Origin: Lama glama
Lineage: Eukaryota
Direction: 5' to 3'
NCBI GenBank assembly: GCA_028534125.1
Contig: CM052832.1
Coordinates: forward strand, 10,170,001 to 10,230,000
Length of the DNA: 60,000 nucleotides
The stretch's first letter is position 1, and the number at the start of each line of letters is the position of its first letter. Both the position numbers and the translations under genes were made by a program. The notes below the pieces were generated by a model. It worked only from the letters and a program-made list of their open reading frames with translations. It made no database searches and was not told the origin of the DNA. Shown piece by piece: positions 27,181 through 39,636 of this stretch.

Positions 27181-29369
27181 ATGAGAGTGTAGGCGGTCAC
27201 AGTCGTTCCTCCTTCCCTGACAGCCCCACAGATATGAAGAGGAGCCTCTCAAAAGCCAGAGCCAAAAGCATCTTAGGGGCTATCCAAGACATCATAGCAT
27301 GTGGCCCAGAGATCACGTGGGGCTGGTCTAGCCACTTAGGAGCAGAGACAGGGCAAAGACTCAGGCTCCTCCTGACTGCTGGGTCCTGAGAACCCTCCCC
27401 AGGCCCTTCTGGGTGGCTCTCACACCTGGTCTGGCCTCAGCAGCCTCCTGCTGATGGTCCAGTCTGATGGCCTCGCCCTTTGTGACCTGTTTGGGTCTTT
27501 ATATCCTTATCAGGTAGCTCTCACAGCAACTGCACTTTTCACAAGGCCTCACTCAGAGCCAGGAATGCTGTGGGGGTTTAGTAGAAGCATTGATTCCAGG
27601 CACCTGAAATCCCGAGAAATAAATGAGATTCCCCCAGACCTAAAGCCATTTATTCTTCTGGTGGAGGGAAGAGGAGAAGGAAGATACCACATGTGTTGGG
27701 AGGAGAGACAGCCTCTGCACTCAGGGGTCTGAGAAGAAGTATTAAACCGGGGGCGAATATTACAAATGAAGGGTGAATAAGGAAAGCAGACTGTGTCTCG
27801 TGGGGGCTGAGAGGTCTGAAGCGACAACTGTATCTCATTCCTATACCTCGAATGCCCAGCACCACACATAGCACATAAGACTGTAAGAACAAAGGAATGA
27901 ATGAATGAATGAATGAACAAAGTCAGGAGACTGAACGTTTGGGGTCAGCAAAGATAAGACTTCCTTGTCTTGGTTCAGGACCTGGGGGTTCGGCTCAGCG
28001 TAAGTCTGCGGCCATGCAAACTTGAGGATGTTTTGCTATGAGTCCCATCTGAGGAGAAGAAAGTTGGCACAGGTGACTAGAGGGGGCACAGATAGTCACG
28101 GGCGCCCACCTGGGTCCTCACAACCTGAAGGAGCCCAAGATACCGCTCCTGGATGCCGGAAGCCTGACCTTCTGATTCTCAGCCCTGGAGACCAAGTGAA
28201 GGGTGGGGTCTTGGGCCTGATGCTGGGTCACTTTAGCTGGAGCCTGACGGCTGTCTAGGAGAGATAGGGTTGGCTGAGAGGAAGCTGAGTGGGCATGCCT
28301 GTGTGCTGGCTGGGGGCCAGAGCCGGAGGAGGGTGAGGGGGAGGGGGAGGGGCATGGTTTCTGAAGACAAGGTGGGGGAGGGGAAGCATTGGGTTTGCAC
28401 TAGGAAGACTGCAGGAGGGAGCAGGAGTCTGGAGAGAGCTGGTGGGTGATTAGAGGTGATGGTAGGAGAGGCAGAGAGAGGGATGAAGATAAGAAGACAT
28501 GTAAGTATTGAAACAAAGAGGCAGCTTCTGTTTGTGTTTGGGTGTGCGTGAGTGTGGAGTCTGAGTGTGCATGTGTCTGTGTGTGTGCACGCCCCCACAT
28601 GGGAGAGCATAGGTGCTCCTCCCTGAACCCAAACTTTATGCTCTGAGTCTCACAATTTGCATCTTTTTTCCTCCGTCACTTTAACCGTGACAAAAATAAG
28701 CTCTGTTTGAGCATGGAGGGGGTTATTCACAAGTGTGAGTATGAGGGACTGATCTGACCAGCCAGGAGCCTGGGAGAGAGAGGCAGGGGCCAGAATGAAT
28801 GCTTGCATGCACAAATGAATGAACGAATACATGAATGGGAGTTTAGATAAAGCTCCTTGTGAATGTGTGTTTGTTTTTCACATGTAGGGCCCAAGGTGCG
28901 CCGCCTCAGCCCCATAGCCTTACCCCTGGGTCTCTGAGCCCAGAGGATTCCAGGGAAGTCGGTACCTGACAGGGTTCTAGAAACCTCACACCAGCCCCCT
29001 AGATGAATAACTGACTTCAGACGAGGAGGCACCCCTATTGGACCAGATTCCGGGACGGAATCGGAAGTGGGTGAGGAGTCTTCTGAACCTGAGAGCCCTC
29101 CCTGAGCCGGGAGGCCCCAAACTGGGTGGGGTGGCCACACCTGCCTGAAGTTTCGAGGAAGAGGGCGTGAACTGCACCAGCGCCGCCCTCTCCCCCTGTG
29201 GTCTGCTGATGGCAGTGAGTCCCACAACTTCCTCATTTTCCTAAATGGGCAGCTTCAGTTTTAGAAGCCTAGGTCATCCCGGGCTGACCCAAGTGGCAGA
29301 TCCAGCATAGGCCTAGGGCCCAAGCCTGGGATTCCTGCCCCCGCTGGGTGGTCCTCACTGCTTGGAGCC

Positions 29370-29421
29370 ATGGCTCCCATCTTCCTGCTGCTGCTGCTGT
29401 GGCTCCAGGGCCCCATCTCAG
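29370..29421 (+). CDS. TREML2: TREML2 exon 1
   Basis: MAPIFLLLLLWLQGPIS, donor gtgaga. Confidence 0.93.
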
Positions 29422-32400
29422 GTGAGAGGGTGGGTGGGTGGTCTAGGGGGGAGGGGATGGCCTGTTCCTGGACCCCCTTCTTGCTTTTCCTTGCCCAGCA
29501 ATCCTGTGGCGTTGGAGGAGGAGGAGGTCTGGCTGACCAGTAGCTCCTTACCAGAGACCAGTGAGAAAGTTCCATCCTAGTGCCTGGCCCCAGGCAAAGC
29601 TAACCCAGGCCTCACAAAGTGAGATAAAGCTCTGGACCCTCCCTGCACCAGCCCCTTTATCTGGCTGGCTTCCTCAGGACCTAGACCGGGGCCACTCCAT
29701 TCCCTCATACCACAAGCCCTCCTCCCTCAGCTTAAGCCCTGTTTGGTTAACTTTACCCTGTTATGGGAAACATTACCTAATGTATGTGCGCTTTGAACTT
29801 GCTTTTTCTTGGAATGCTGATGCCACAACCCCTGTGCCTACCCTCTGTCCTGCGGAGGAAGCAACCCCTGAAGGTCTCTCTCCCACCCCACAGCTCCTCA
29901 ATGTTCCCTGATGGGGTCTCACCCAATCCTGTTTCCCTCGCTGCCATGGCAACTGAGTTACCACTTTCTGTTCAGTTCTGGGAACTGCCTTGTGAGAGGG
30001 GTGGATGGTGGGCACAAAGGAATACCGTGCCCTGGAGACCCTTTCCAAGATTGCCCCACTCATGCACCAACCCTAGAGAGGCCCATCTCTGCCAGGGCTG
30101 GAGAGTGTCTCCTGGAGATCTCCCAAACCTGCCGCCTGCCAAATAAGCGAGTTGGATTATTCTATTTAACTTGCGTGGGACAAAGTGATAAGCAGAGAGG
30201 GTGTTACCTTACCCTGAGCCTCAACTTTGGTGGCAACGGGGTTGGAAACTGAGGTGGATGTCTTGGGTGCCGGGCCCTTGGCTTTCACAGCTCTGGGTCC
30301 CACTGGAAAAGTCTGGGACAACCTGCATCTGGGAAAAGAAGGCACGCGCTGAGCGTGTACTACATTTAAGGCACTGTGCTGGGGCGCAGTTCTCACAGCC
30401 ACCTAGTACAGGTTAGAAACAGAGACATTAAGAGGTTAGTCAGTAGCAGAACCAGAGTTTAATTCATGTTTATCTAGACTCCAAAATGTGTGCTCTCTCC
30501 TCTGTCCCACTGGGGAGAAACGTGTGTGTGTATTTGGAGGAGGCTCTGAGGGTATTAGAGGAGCAAGCGCTGAGCTTAAGGTGGGTGGAGCGGTGGAGGG
30601 ACCCTGCTGCGGCTTCCTCTTTCTCCCTGCCCCCGGTTCATGACCCCCAGCCCTCGTTCTGCTCTCTCTCCGTCCGACCGTGGATTATGTAGCTCACGGA
30701 CCACATCTTATTCCTGGGCATTGAGGACAACATATTTTAGATAAATAGTGAATAGCTGTAAAATTCTTTGGTTTACACTCCTTTGGGAGTTTATAGGCAT
30801 GTTTGGGCATACTGAATCTATGAGGGGTTTGTAACTAGAATATTTAAAAATGAAAAATCACCTAGAATGAACTCAGACAGCTTGCTATTTAAAAGATGAT
30901 GATAGTGAACCTGTTTGTGAAATAAATAACTACACTCAATTTTTTCAAAGATTGGATTTTCTTATCTACCTAAATTGACTGTGCTCTGGAATTTCATAAC
31001 AATGACTGTGCCTGTATCTGTGCCTGTATCTGTGCCTGTCTCACTGAAGACAGGACTGACTCTTTCCCACAAGACCCTGAAGATGAGACTTATTCTCCCA
31101 TAAGACTAGAAAACGCCACAAAGAAAAGGGCCGTGTCTGCTGGAGCTCCCTGAGTGTCAAGGGCTGAGTTTCCTCCATTAGACTAAGGGCTCCCTGTGGG
31201 CTATGCTTGTGTCTCCCCCATCAGACAGGGGAGAGCTCCCTCAGAGTCAGGCTGTGTTTCTCCTTCAAACTTTGAGTTCCATGACAGCAGAGCAATATCT
31301 ACCTCATCTCCCTTCACCACGAGTTTTGAATTTCAAGATGCTTCCTTCCTGTTTTCTCAACCAGTTGTGTCTCCCCAGGTGACCCTGTTGGGAGTGTGTA
31401 CTCCAAAGTGCAGCACTTTGAAGGGGAGACTCTGTCCGTGCAGTGCTCCTACAAGAACCGCAAAAACCACGTAGAGGGCAAGGTTTGGTGCAAAATCAGG
31501 AGGAGGAAGTGTGAGACTGGGTTCACCCGCATCTGGGTGCAGGGGCCACGCTACTTGCTGCAGGACGATACCCAGGCCAAGGTGGTCAACATCACCATGG
31601 CGGCCCTGAGGCGCCAGGACTCGGGCCGGTACTGGTGCATGCGCAACAGCTCCGGCATCCTCTACCCTCTGATGGGCTTCCTGCTGGAAGTGTCTCCAGG
31701 TGAGCAGGTCCCCTGGGGCACTGGGATGCTGGAGGGTGTCTTCCCCACCCTGCACTCCACCGACATCAAATGTGATGAGAATAATCATCCATCAATGGGC
31801 ATGACGTATAGTGGAGTTTTCAGTTCTTTAACGGACACTTTCATGGGCATTCTTGTCACCATCTTCCAGATGAAGAAAATGAGCTCCAAAAAGTCCTCTG
31901 CGGCTCTGACCTTGTCCAGGGTCACAGCGCTAGTCAGTGGCCGGGATAAGATTTGAACTCAGGACGCTCTGTGCTTTGTGTTATTCAGCCATCTGTTCAA
32001 TATATATTCACTGAGCCCTGATTCTGTGCCAGGCACTCTTCTAGGCTCTGAGGATACAGTGGGGAGCAAAACCAGACACGTTCCTGCCCTACGGGACATG
32101 ACAGGCAATAGCACATCATCAGACAAACAACCTCAGATGACAGCAGATGTTCTTAAGAAGATAAAACAATGTGATGAACTAGAAAGTAACTCAGGGGTGG
32201 GGGGAGCTACTAAAATACTGGGGATCAGAGAAGCCCTCAGCCTGATTAAAAACTCAAGTTTTCCAGCAATATATGCTCTTCCACTCCCCCTTGAAGACCA
32301 GGCTTTATGGCCCCAGGCACCTGAAGTGGGGAAGTCGGGGACTGCTGCTGTCCAACCCCCTCCTTCATCGCGGGCCCTCAGGAGCACATCCTTGGCGTGC

Positions 32401-35052
32401 ACAGCAGTGGGATACAGCAGCAGCCCTCCCTCTGCTTCCATCTCTCTCCATTTTCCTGTTCCCTGGTGAGGGAGACTCAGCGTTGCCCCCTAGACTGAGA
32501 CCTCACAGCCTCTTCCACCAAACACCAGCCTTCCTCTAGAGAACGGGATGGTACAGCCCTGAATTGATGGGTGAGGGTGGCAGGACTGGTCTGAGTGTCT
32601 CTTAATAAGCCCCCAGGGAAGACATCGGACCCCGCTGCTGGTGGTGTTCTTTGGGATCTGGCCCTGGATGCTTCCTTGTCCTCATCTCCGGATCCCAGTC
32701 GCCAATCATGGAGCAACTGGGAAAGTTCGTGTTCAACATCAAAGTAGAGCAATCTCTGACTTACAGGAAAGAGAAGAGTCCAGGAGGAGATGAGAGAGAT
32801 AGGCGTAAGGAGGGGAGTGTCCTCTGGGCCCAGGTCGCCTGATAGGGGACACTGGAAAATTTGTGAAAGACTCTTCTTTCTTTCCTGTGCCTACTTCCTC
32901 CTCCCTGAACCTCACCCTCTGAACAAACACACAACTGGTTCCCCAGCAGAGTAGAATCCTAGGACCAAGGTCAAGGATGGGAGACGGGGACTGGCCCCAC
33001 CCAAGCACCCCGACAAGTGTGTGGGTGGCCAGGATCTACTCAGTCTCACATTCCTCCCTCTCTGATCCCTCAGCATCCACAACCAAGAGAGACACTCCTC
33101 TTCCGGAGGTGGCCAGCATCCTGAAGAGTGGCATTGTCGTTACAACAGGCCCTGCCCCCGCTGTGGGCCCTCAGGCCCCTTTCACCACCAGTCCGATGCT
33201 CTTCGCACCTGGGCTCCTCACCTTGGCCAGACCCTTGCCCTCTCCGGCCTCAGGGACCATCAGACTGACCTCCGTGGCAGGTTACAGCTTCACCGACGCC
33301 AGCCCCTCCACTGAAGGGTCCAGGAGGACCATGGGGCCCCAGACAGTGACTGCATTTCCCAGCAATGCCAGAGCCTCCTCTGCTGGCCCAGCTTCCACCC
33401 CGACCAAGGCTGGCCACCTGTGCACCAGATCGCCTACCACCAGCAGATCTCTCCTCAACCAATTATCCCCTAGCAGGTACCCCCGGGTGAGGGGGGCCTG
33501 GGTCGAATGCCATTTTACCAGACATGGCAACAGTCCCTGGGACTAAACAGACCTCAAGGTGCAAATGTTACAGCAGAGCAGCCCCTGTCGCCCCCCCAGA
33601 AAATCAGTCTGGCCTGTTGCTGAATGGGAAACTGGATGCTGGGGTGGACGCGTGACAGAAAGGATGGCAGCAGGAAATGAGGGCAGGGGATGGGTCAGCA
33701 TAAAGGTCTGTGGATGAGGAGGAGAGGGTAGGGACAGACAAGGGGACCAGCTCAGGGCATAGGAAGTGGGAAATGGGGGGCACTTGGATTTGGGTTCCCC
33801 CAGATGCAGACCCTGAAATGAGGATTCACGTCATATTTGGGACACTGAAAAGAGTGTGGGGAACTGAGACAGGGGAGGCAGCAGACAGACTCCTTACTCA
33901 AGCTGCCACCACTGTGGGGAGCAAGAGCTCAGTCCCACTGGGGAAACTTTGGGGTCCAGTGTCAAGCAGCCACCTGGAGGCTGGGGTGGGAGCTGGGGTA
34001 TTTACACACCACTCCTGTTGGTTACTAGTAGAGAGCTGCCTGCCCTGTACGGCACAGAGGGAGCAAGTGACAAGAGAAAGTCCTCAGGCCAAAAAAATTT
34101 TTTAATGGAGGTGCTGAGGACTGTCATATGTGGAAGTGATACAGCTAGGGGACACAGGCAGTCATCCACATCATCTGTTACAGAGGACAAAGGTGAGGAC
34201 AAAAGTCAGTCACTGTGAGGAGAGGAAGAATCTTGGTCTCTTCCATCACAAATGGGGGTCTCTTAGAATCCTTGTCCTCGGCAGATTTGAGGGAATAATA
34301 GAGGAGAAGTACTAAAGTGGAGAGATGGGTCTCTCTGCTGGGGTTGGAGGTGCTTCGTCTTCTGACCTCTAAGCACCTCACTTCTTTCACCCACAGCTGG
34401 GGCCCTGAAGAAGAGAGGCCATCACTCTCCACCGAGGCTGGCAGGTTTCCCCTGGTCCCACTCCTCTTGTGGGGCGTGCAGAAAGACGTGGGCCAGGGTG
34501 GGGCGCCCTGATGCTCACCTCCTCCTTGCTCTGTCTGTTCTCCTCAGGCACCAGGATTCTTATCTCATTGTGTTTGTTGGAGTGCTGGCCTTGCTCCCAG
34601 TGCCTGTGATGCTGATCGTGGTCTATGGGCTCTGGAAGAAGAGACACATGGGAAGTGAGTAAAGCCCACCCCCCCTGGCATTCCGAGGACAGAGCACTGG
34701 GGGTCTGACGCCTCTTCCAAAGTGCCTGACTGCCCTTGATCCCCAGGGGGTGTGTCCTCCCCCGTCCAGTCAGGAGGGCTGTGTGGCACCCAGGCAAAGG
34801 AGGAGGGTGGGCAGGTAGGGACAGCACAGCATAACCCTCTGGGGCTGACCTGGCAGGAAGCGGAGGGCAGAAGGCCGAAGGTGATGGGCTGGCTCAGGAG
34901 CATAGGGTGGTGAGCAGGAGGACCTCGCCCTCTTTATCTCTCTCCCCATCCTTGCAGGCTACAGCATGTGCCATGATCCTGCCAGACCCTGGAGGGACCC
35001 ATCTACAAGTCTGGAGCCTCCGTGGAAGGCTGCTTGGTCTGAAGCCACTTAA
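29370..35052 (+). CDS. TREML2: TREML2 (TLT-2), 5 coding exons, 325 aa
   Basis: Exons 29370-29421, 31379-31699, 33074-33476, 34548-34654 and 34958-35052 sum to 978 nt in an open frame; EGETLSVQCSYK...VEGKVWCKIR...QDSGRYWCMRN matches TREML2. Confidence 0.97.
31379..31699 (+). CDS. TREML2: TREML2 exon 2 (Ig-V)
   Basis: 321 nt V-set exon, GT-AG. Confidence 0.97.
33074..33476 (+). CDS. TREML2: TREML2 exon 3 (mucin-like stalk)
   Basis: ILKSG...RRTMGPQTVTA...SRSLLN. Confidence 0.93.
34548..34654 (+). CDS. TREML2: TREML2 exon 4 (TM)
   Basis: HQDSYLIVFVGVLALLPVPVMLIVVYGLWKKRHMG; uncharged TM. Confidence 0.95.
34958..35052 (+). CDS. TREML2: TREML2 exon 5 (cytoplasmic tail)
   Basis: SYSMCHDPARPWRDPSTSLEPPWKAAWSEAT*, TAA at 35050-35052. 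Confidence 0.9.
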
Positions 35053-37852
35053 CTGGGGTCAGGGGGAGTTTCTCCCAGAGGGGTTCTGGGAGGCCAGCGG
35101 AGGAGTGAAGATGGGGATCTGTCTGGATTGGAGCCAGGATGGGGTGAGGACTGTGCAACACTGGACTCAGGCCTTCACAGAACTAGAGACTGCACTGCAC
35201 CTGCTCAGTTCCCCTGGGCTGCTAGGAACCTGGCGGGAGGGTGAAGGGAGAGAAGGAGGCTGAGCAGAGGGTACCAGGCAGGAAGTCCCAGGGAAGGCAC
35301 CGAGGGAATTCTGCCCAGAGCCACAGACCCCTGGGCCCCAGCTGGATGGCAGAGAAGCCCTGATGGTGCTGTTTGCAGACAGAGAACCTCAGACCCCGTT
35401 GGCCTTGGAATACTTTACTAGCAAGCTGACACGGGGAGGGCTGCCCTCTTCCCGCCCAGGCCCTGCCCTCAGTTTCCCTCTGCTCTCCTCAAGCTTCCCC
35501 ATGCCCTCGGGGGAAGAAAAACTCCTAGAAGCAGCCCATGTTCCAAGCGCCCCATCCTGGAGGAGAGGAAGGGACGGTGACTAAGAGCTGGGGGTCCACA
35601 GAGGCGTTGGGGACCCCAGAGCTGTCCAAGCCCCCCACCCCGGGCCATGTGTTCTCTACAGGGCCTCTGGATGTGCCTGTCTGACAGCACTGCTTGTCCC
35701 TCGTCTTGGGAGCCAGCAGACCCCATATTCCCACTGCTGCTGCCTGCTGGCGCCCCCTCCAGGGAAAGCGGAGACCTGCCAGCTGAGCCCTCCAGCTGCA
35801 GGACCAGCCTGTCCCCAGACTGGTGTCCCCAGACTGGCATGCAGAGGCTGACCAGGGCTATCTCCCCCAGTTTCCACACTGGGGCTCTGGTTCTGGGCTC
35901 CTGGAGTGGATGGAGGGCCCTCCAGAGACCACTGGAGGGGAGACCATGGCTTAAAAAAGGGGGGATCACCTCCCTGTGGGGGCTTATTGTCCCCTGGGAA
36001 GAGAGGACCCCCCTGTGATACAGCAAAGACAGCTCAGAGCCGAGCACAGCCTGGAAGACTGCCGGGGCAGGGAGGACAGAGTCAAGGAGCCTGGGCGAGG
36101 AGGCCCATTGCCAGAGGAATCTGCCCCTCCTCACAGCTCTCGGCTCAGACTCTGCCTCTTCTGCAGTGAAGGCTGAAGAAAATGGACTGATTTCTCCCCT
36201 GGAAAGAGGGGTCTACCAGCCTGGAACCACTGGAATGAGAGCCTGGGGGTAGCCGTGGCCACTCAACTCTTACCTCTGAGTCAGAGCCCTACCAGATGGG
36301 AGAGCAAACATCATGGTCAGGAGAGTGACACAGTCAGGGCCTTGATAGGCAGCGAGGCGGCTGGGGCCACTCCAGGGTGGAACTAGGGAGAGAGGAAGGG
36401 GCAGGGGGCAATCCTGGGGGGCAGCAGGGAGGCGGCACTTTTTCCCTATATCCAGGAGGGGGCACTAGAGGGCAGACTGAGGAACTGACAGGCCTGGTGC
36501 CAGGACACACATACACACAAACGCACACATACACAAGATAATAACCATCCTCCCTATCAGGAGGGTGTGGCCATCACCCGATGTGTAAACAGGAGGTGGT
36601 TTATTCTCCACTCAAACCACACGCTGCCCCAGGTGACAGCAGGATGTCGGTGGGAGAGCACTGCAGAGGCTCAGGACTGGGACCCAGTGTTGCCACCTGT
36701 CCCTGTGGGGCCCTGTGCAAGTTACTAACCCTATTGGGCCTCATTTTTCCTCTCTTGTGAAAGGGGACCCTAATTCCTACTCAGGACTGTTTTCAAGATA
36801 AAATGAAGTAACACAAACCTTACACAAACGAGTAAATGCCTCGTAATGCCTGGCCCTCGCGTTCTTTTTCCAGGTCTAATGCTTGTCACAGTCTATTTTT
36901 AAGACTGTCAGACCCTATTTCTCTATTTTGTCCTCGTTTGAAAGGGGCCAGGGAGGGTGGAGGGGAACATGATTAGGCCCCAGGAAATGGGTGCTGGACT
37001 CGGAGGCCTTTGTCCTCTAATGTTACAAAGGGTAGCTGTTAGGGGCACCGACTATCCCTGTTTGCCCAGGATGATGGGGCTTCTGGGACCAGGCAGACCT
37101 CTCACCCATGGAGCCTGTCCCCACGTGAACCCGTGGTAAGGAGGGACACAGAGCCCTAAGAAGGAGGTGCAGACCCCATGCCCCAGCTCCCCAGCTCTTA
37201 TGGGCTTGGGCGGCCTCTTTGGACCTCCGGGCCCCCAGGACATTTTCCCCACACCCCAGCTTCTCAATTCCTCCTTCCTGCTCTTACCCTTATCCCCAGC
37301 AGATCCACGGCAGGCAGGTGCAGGGCAGGGGTGGATATCAGACAGGCCAGGGCTGTTACTGCCTTTGGTGGATGAGATGAGGAGGCTTTCTGAGCAATGG
37401 GCTGCTTCCTGTCGCGGCCGTGGGAATGAGCAAAAAAGAAACCCCAGCGCTCACAGGACATTTGCTCTGTGAACCTGGCCGGCGGATCTAACCGCACAGG
37501 ACACACGCGCTCTCACTGTGAGGTCAGTAGGCCAGCCTGAGGCTCATGGTCCCAAATGGCTGCAAATGTGCTTCTCATTCTGCATCAGACTGGGTGGGCG
37601 GACACTGCGCTGTGCTGCCCAGCTCCTACTTCAGGCTGATAGGCTTCTTGCCCAGGTGCTGGGAGTAGTGAGGGCAGAAGGTGGCCTCGCCCCAGGCCTT
37701 CCCCTCCCAGGGCAGCCACCCGCCTTTCCCACTGAGTGGTGCAGGAGTTTGAAGCCCTGGCACTCCCTGCCTCCGCGGCGAGTCCTGAAGGGTCTCCTGC
37801 CCATCCTGCTTCCTTCTCTTCCCCAGCCTGGTCCCGAGCATTTTAAACCTCC

Positions 37853-38445
37853 TGTACCAACCACCACCTCAGAGTCTGCTCTTTACAAACCTAATGTGCC
37901 CCACTGCAGGTTTACAGGGTCATCTCTGAGATGGGAAGCCTCATGAAAAGATCAGCAGGACCCCCAGGCAAGGCCATTACTCTCCTGCCAGCACCAGTCA
38001 GTTCCCTGGTCCAGCGGCATTATTTCGCTTTTTAAACTCTGAAAGGGCTTACTTCTAGGAAAGTGGAAATTACCCCTAAGATTCTATTGGTTCCCTGAGC
38101 TAACTCCTGATTGGTCCATTTGTAGTGCTTCATTTGCATGTAGCTCACTCCTGATTGGTCCATTTCAATTGCTCCTGATTGGTCCATTTCTGCAAAGCTT
38201 GTTCCTAATTATTCACATTTGTTATATCTTATTTGCATATGATGTCACAAAATGTTGTGAAGTCTAGACTGTAGCTTATAAAAGGCTATGTAATCCTACA
38301 GATGGAGTCCAGAACTTGGAATGTTAACTCCTCTAGGCCCACTGTTCTAATAAGCCTGAGTTCTCCAGCCCTCCGAGTGCTGCTTGGTCTCTTGCCTGGA
38401 TCTAGGTTGCTGTCACAACTGAGCTGTAACACACTTTGGTGCAAC
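37853..38445 (+). mobile_element. Probable ERV solo LTR
   Basis: Starts TGTA; three ctcctgattggtccattt repeats; TATAAAA at 38277; ends ...tgtaaca/tgcaaca; boundaries approximate. Confidence 0.65.
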
Positions 38446-38979
38446 ATTTCCTTTATCTATTAACCATAAACAATTGTTGTTCTGTGACGATTGTTTTTCT
38501 GTAGCTCATCTAATGTTAATTATTTTTTAAAATGTTCCTGATTAGTGTGGCCTTTGAGCAATTACTGTAGAGTGACTCTGGCAGACTGGGAGCTGGAACA
38601 CAGGGATGATCTGAGGGGTAGGAGATCCTCTTTCTCCTCGTCTCTTCCTCCCCCTCCTTCTGCACCCATCTTCCCCTCTGCCAACACCACCCCCACCCCT
38701 CCAATGTTCCTGTCCCCAGCTTTGTTCTCCCCTACCCTTGCCAGAGACCCTCCCTGGGCCTCCTTTCCTGGAAAAACTCTCCATCTCCCTTCTCCTCTTC
38801 TCTCAGTCCTTATGGAACTTTCCAATTCCCAGGCAGGCCTGGGTGGGAAGTCTCTGACTGCTGGGGATCTCAGAAGGGTCCCCTAACTGTGTTACTCACT
38901 TTCTGCTTCCATGCTTCTTTGGTGAGGAGAAGAAAATGGTAGGAGAGAAGGGAGAAAGAGGAAGAAACAGGTTCTTAGT

Positions 38980-39427
38980 TTGTTATGGAGTCCAAGCTCC
39001 AACTTCTCCCTGCATGACGGGCCTGTAAATAGAGATGAATTGTTGGGGCAAGTGATAGCGACTTTCTTCAGAAAGCCAGCAGGCAGACAAGACAGTAGAC
39101 TAGTGTCCCAAAGAACAAGGGGTGTGGTTGGTTGTTGCAAACTTCTTGGTGTCTCAGAATCCTTTGTTCTTGCAGCTGTCAGGTCAGGTCACAATGTTCC
39201 TGCAAACCTTCAACAAGGCAAATGTTATTCTCTGTTTTGCAACTTTTTATCTGTGTATGAATGGGAAAATGTTGTATCTTTAAAGGTCAGAGCCTTGAGA
39301 ATAGGCTGTCCTGTACATTTCAGGCTATAGGCAGCATTCCTAATTTGTAGCAAAAGCAATAGAATACACAGGTTAAAGGAAAAGAAACAGATCCAACATG
39401 GAGTCAGATTAGTTCTTCCCTATTGCA
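38980..39427 (-). mobile_element. ERV1-type LTR fragment
   Basis: gtcaggtcacaatgttcctgcaaacc...aacatggagtcagattag, resembling MER4-group LTR antisense. Confidence 0.55.
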
Positions 39428-39636
39428 GTTTCACCATCATTTCCTCCTGGGCTTTCACAGCTCTTCCGACCCCTGTGGGAGGGAGACAGGCTGACGGGAA
39501 AGAAGCTGGGCACGAGAGCGCCAGAGTTCCCGGAGGTTTCCGAGGCGGGCTTTGGTGGTGGGGCTGAATCCCCACCGCTCGGGCTCTCTTTCCTCAGGGG
39601 TTTCCCTCCCCCAACCCCAGCTCAAGATGAGGATCC

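Larger units (their letters stand above)
22196..27490 (+). pseudogene. TREML4/TREML3P-like relic (stalk exons plus decayed TM exon)
   Basis: AG/GT-bounded exon 22196-22245 reads LTTSPMWTSTRL (cf. human TREML4 PTTSPMWTLPWLPTST); at 50 nt it breaks frame. Exon 22735-22795 reads VMSTSPEGISGPSPIKGSEH (cf. VLITSPEGTSGHPSINGSET). A weakly TM-exon-like stretch lies at about 27400-27490. No leader or Ig-V exon was found. Confidence 0.75.

Noticed and set aside
31008..31040. Tandem tgtgcctgtatc, about 3 copies
   Set aside because: Ordinary intronic slippage repeat
35469..36134. 221-aa minus-strand ORF
   Set aside because: GC-rich antisense of the probable TREML2 3' UTR; non-ATG start and no domain
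38104..38190. Repeat-spacer pattern resembling a CRISPR array
   Set aside because: Mammalian DNA; irregular short spacers; explained as LTR CCAAT-box repeats
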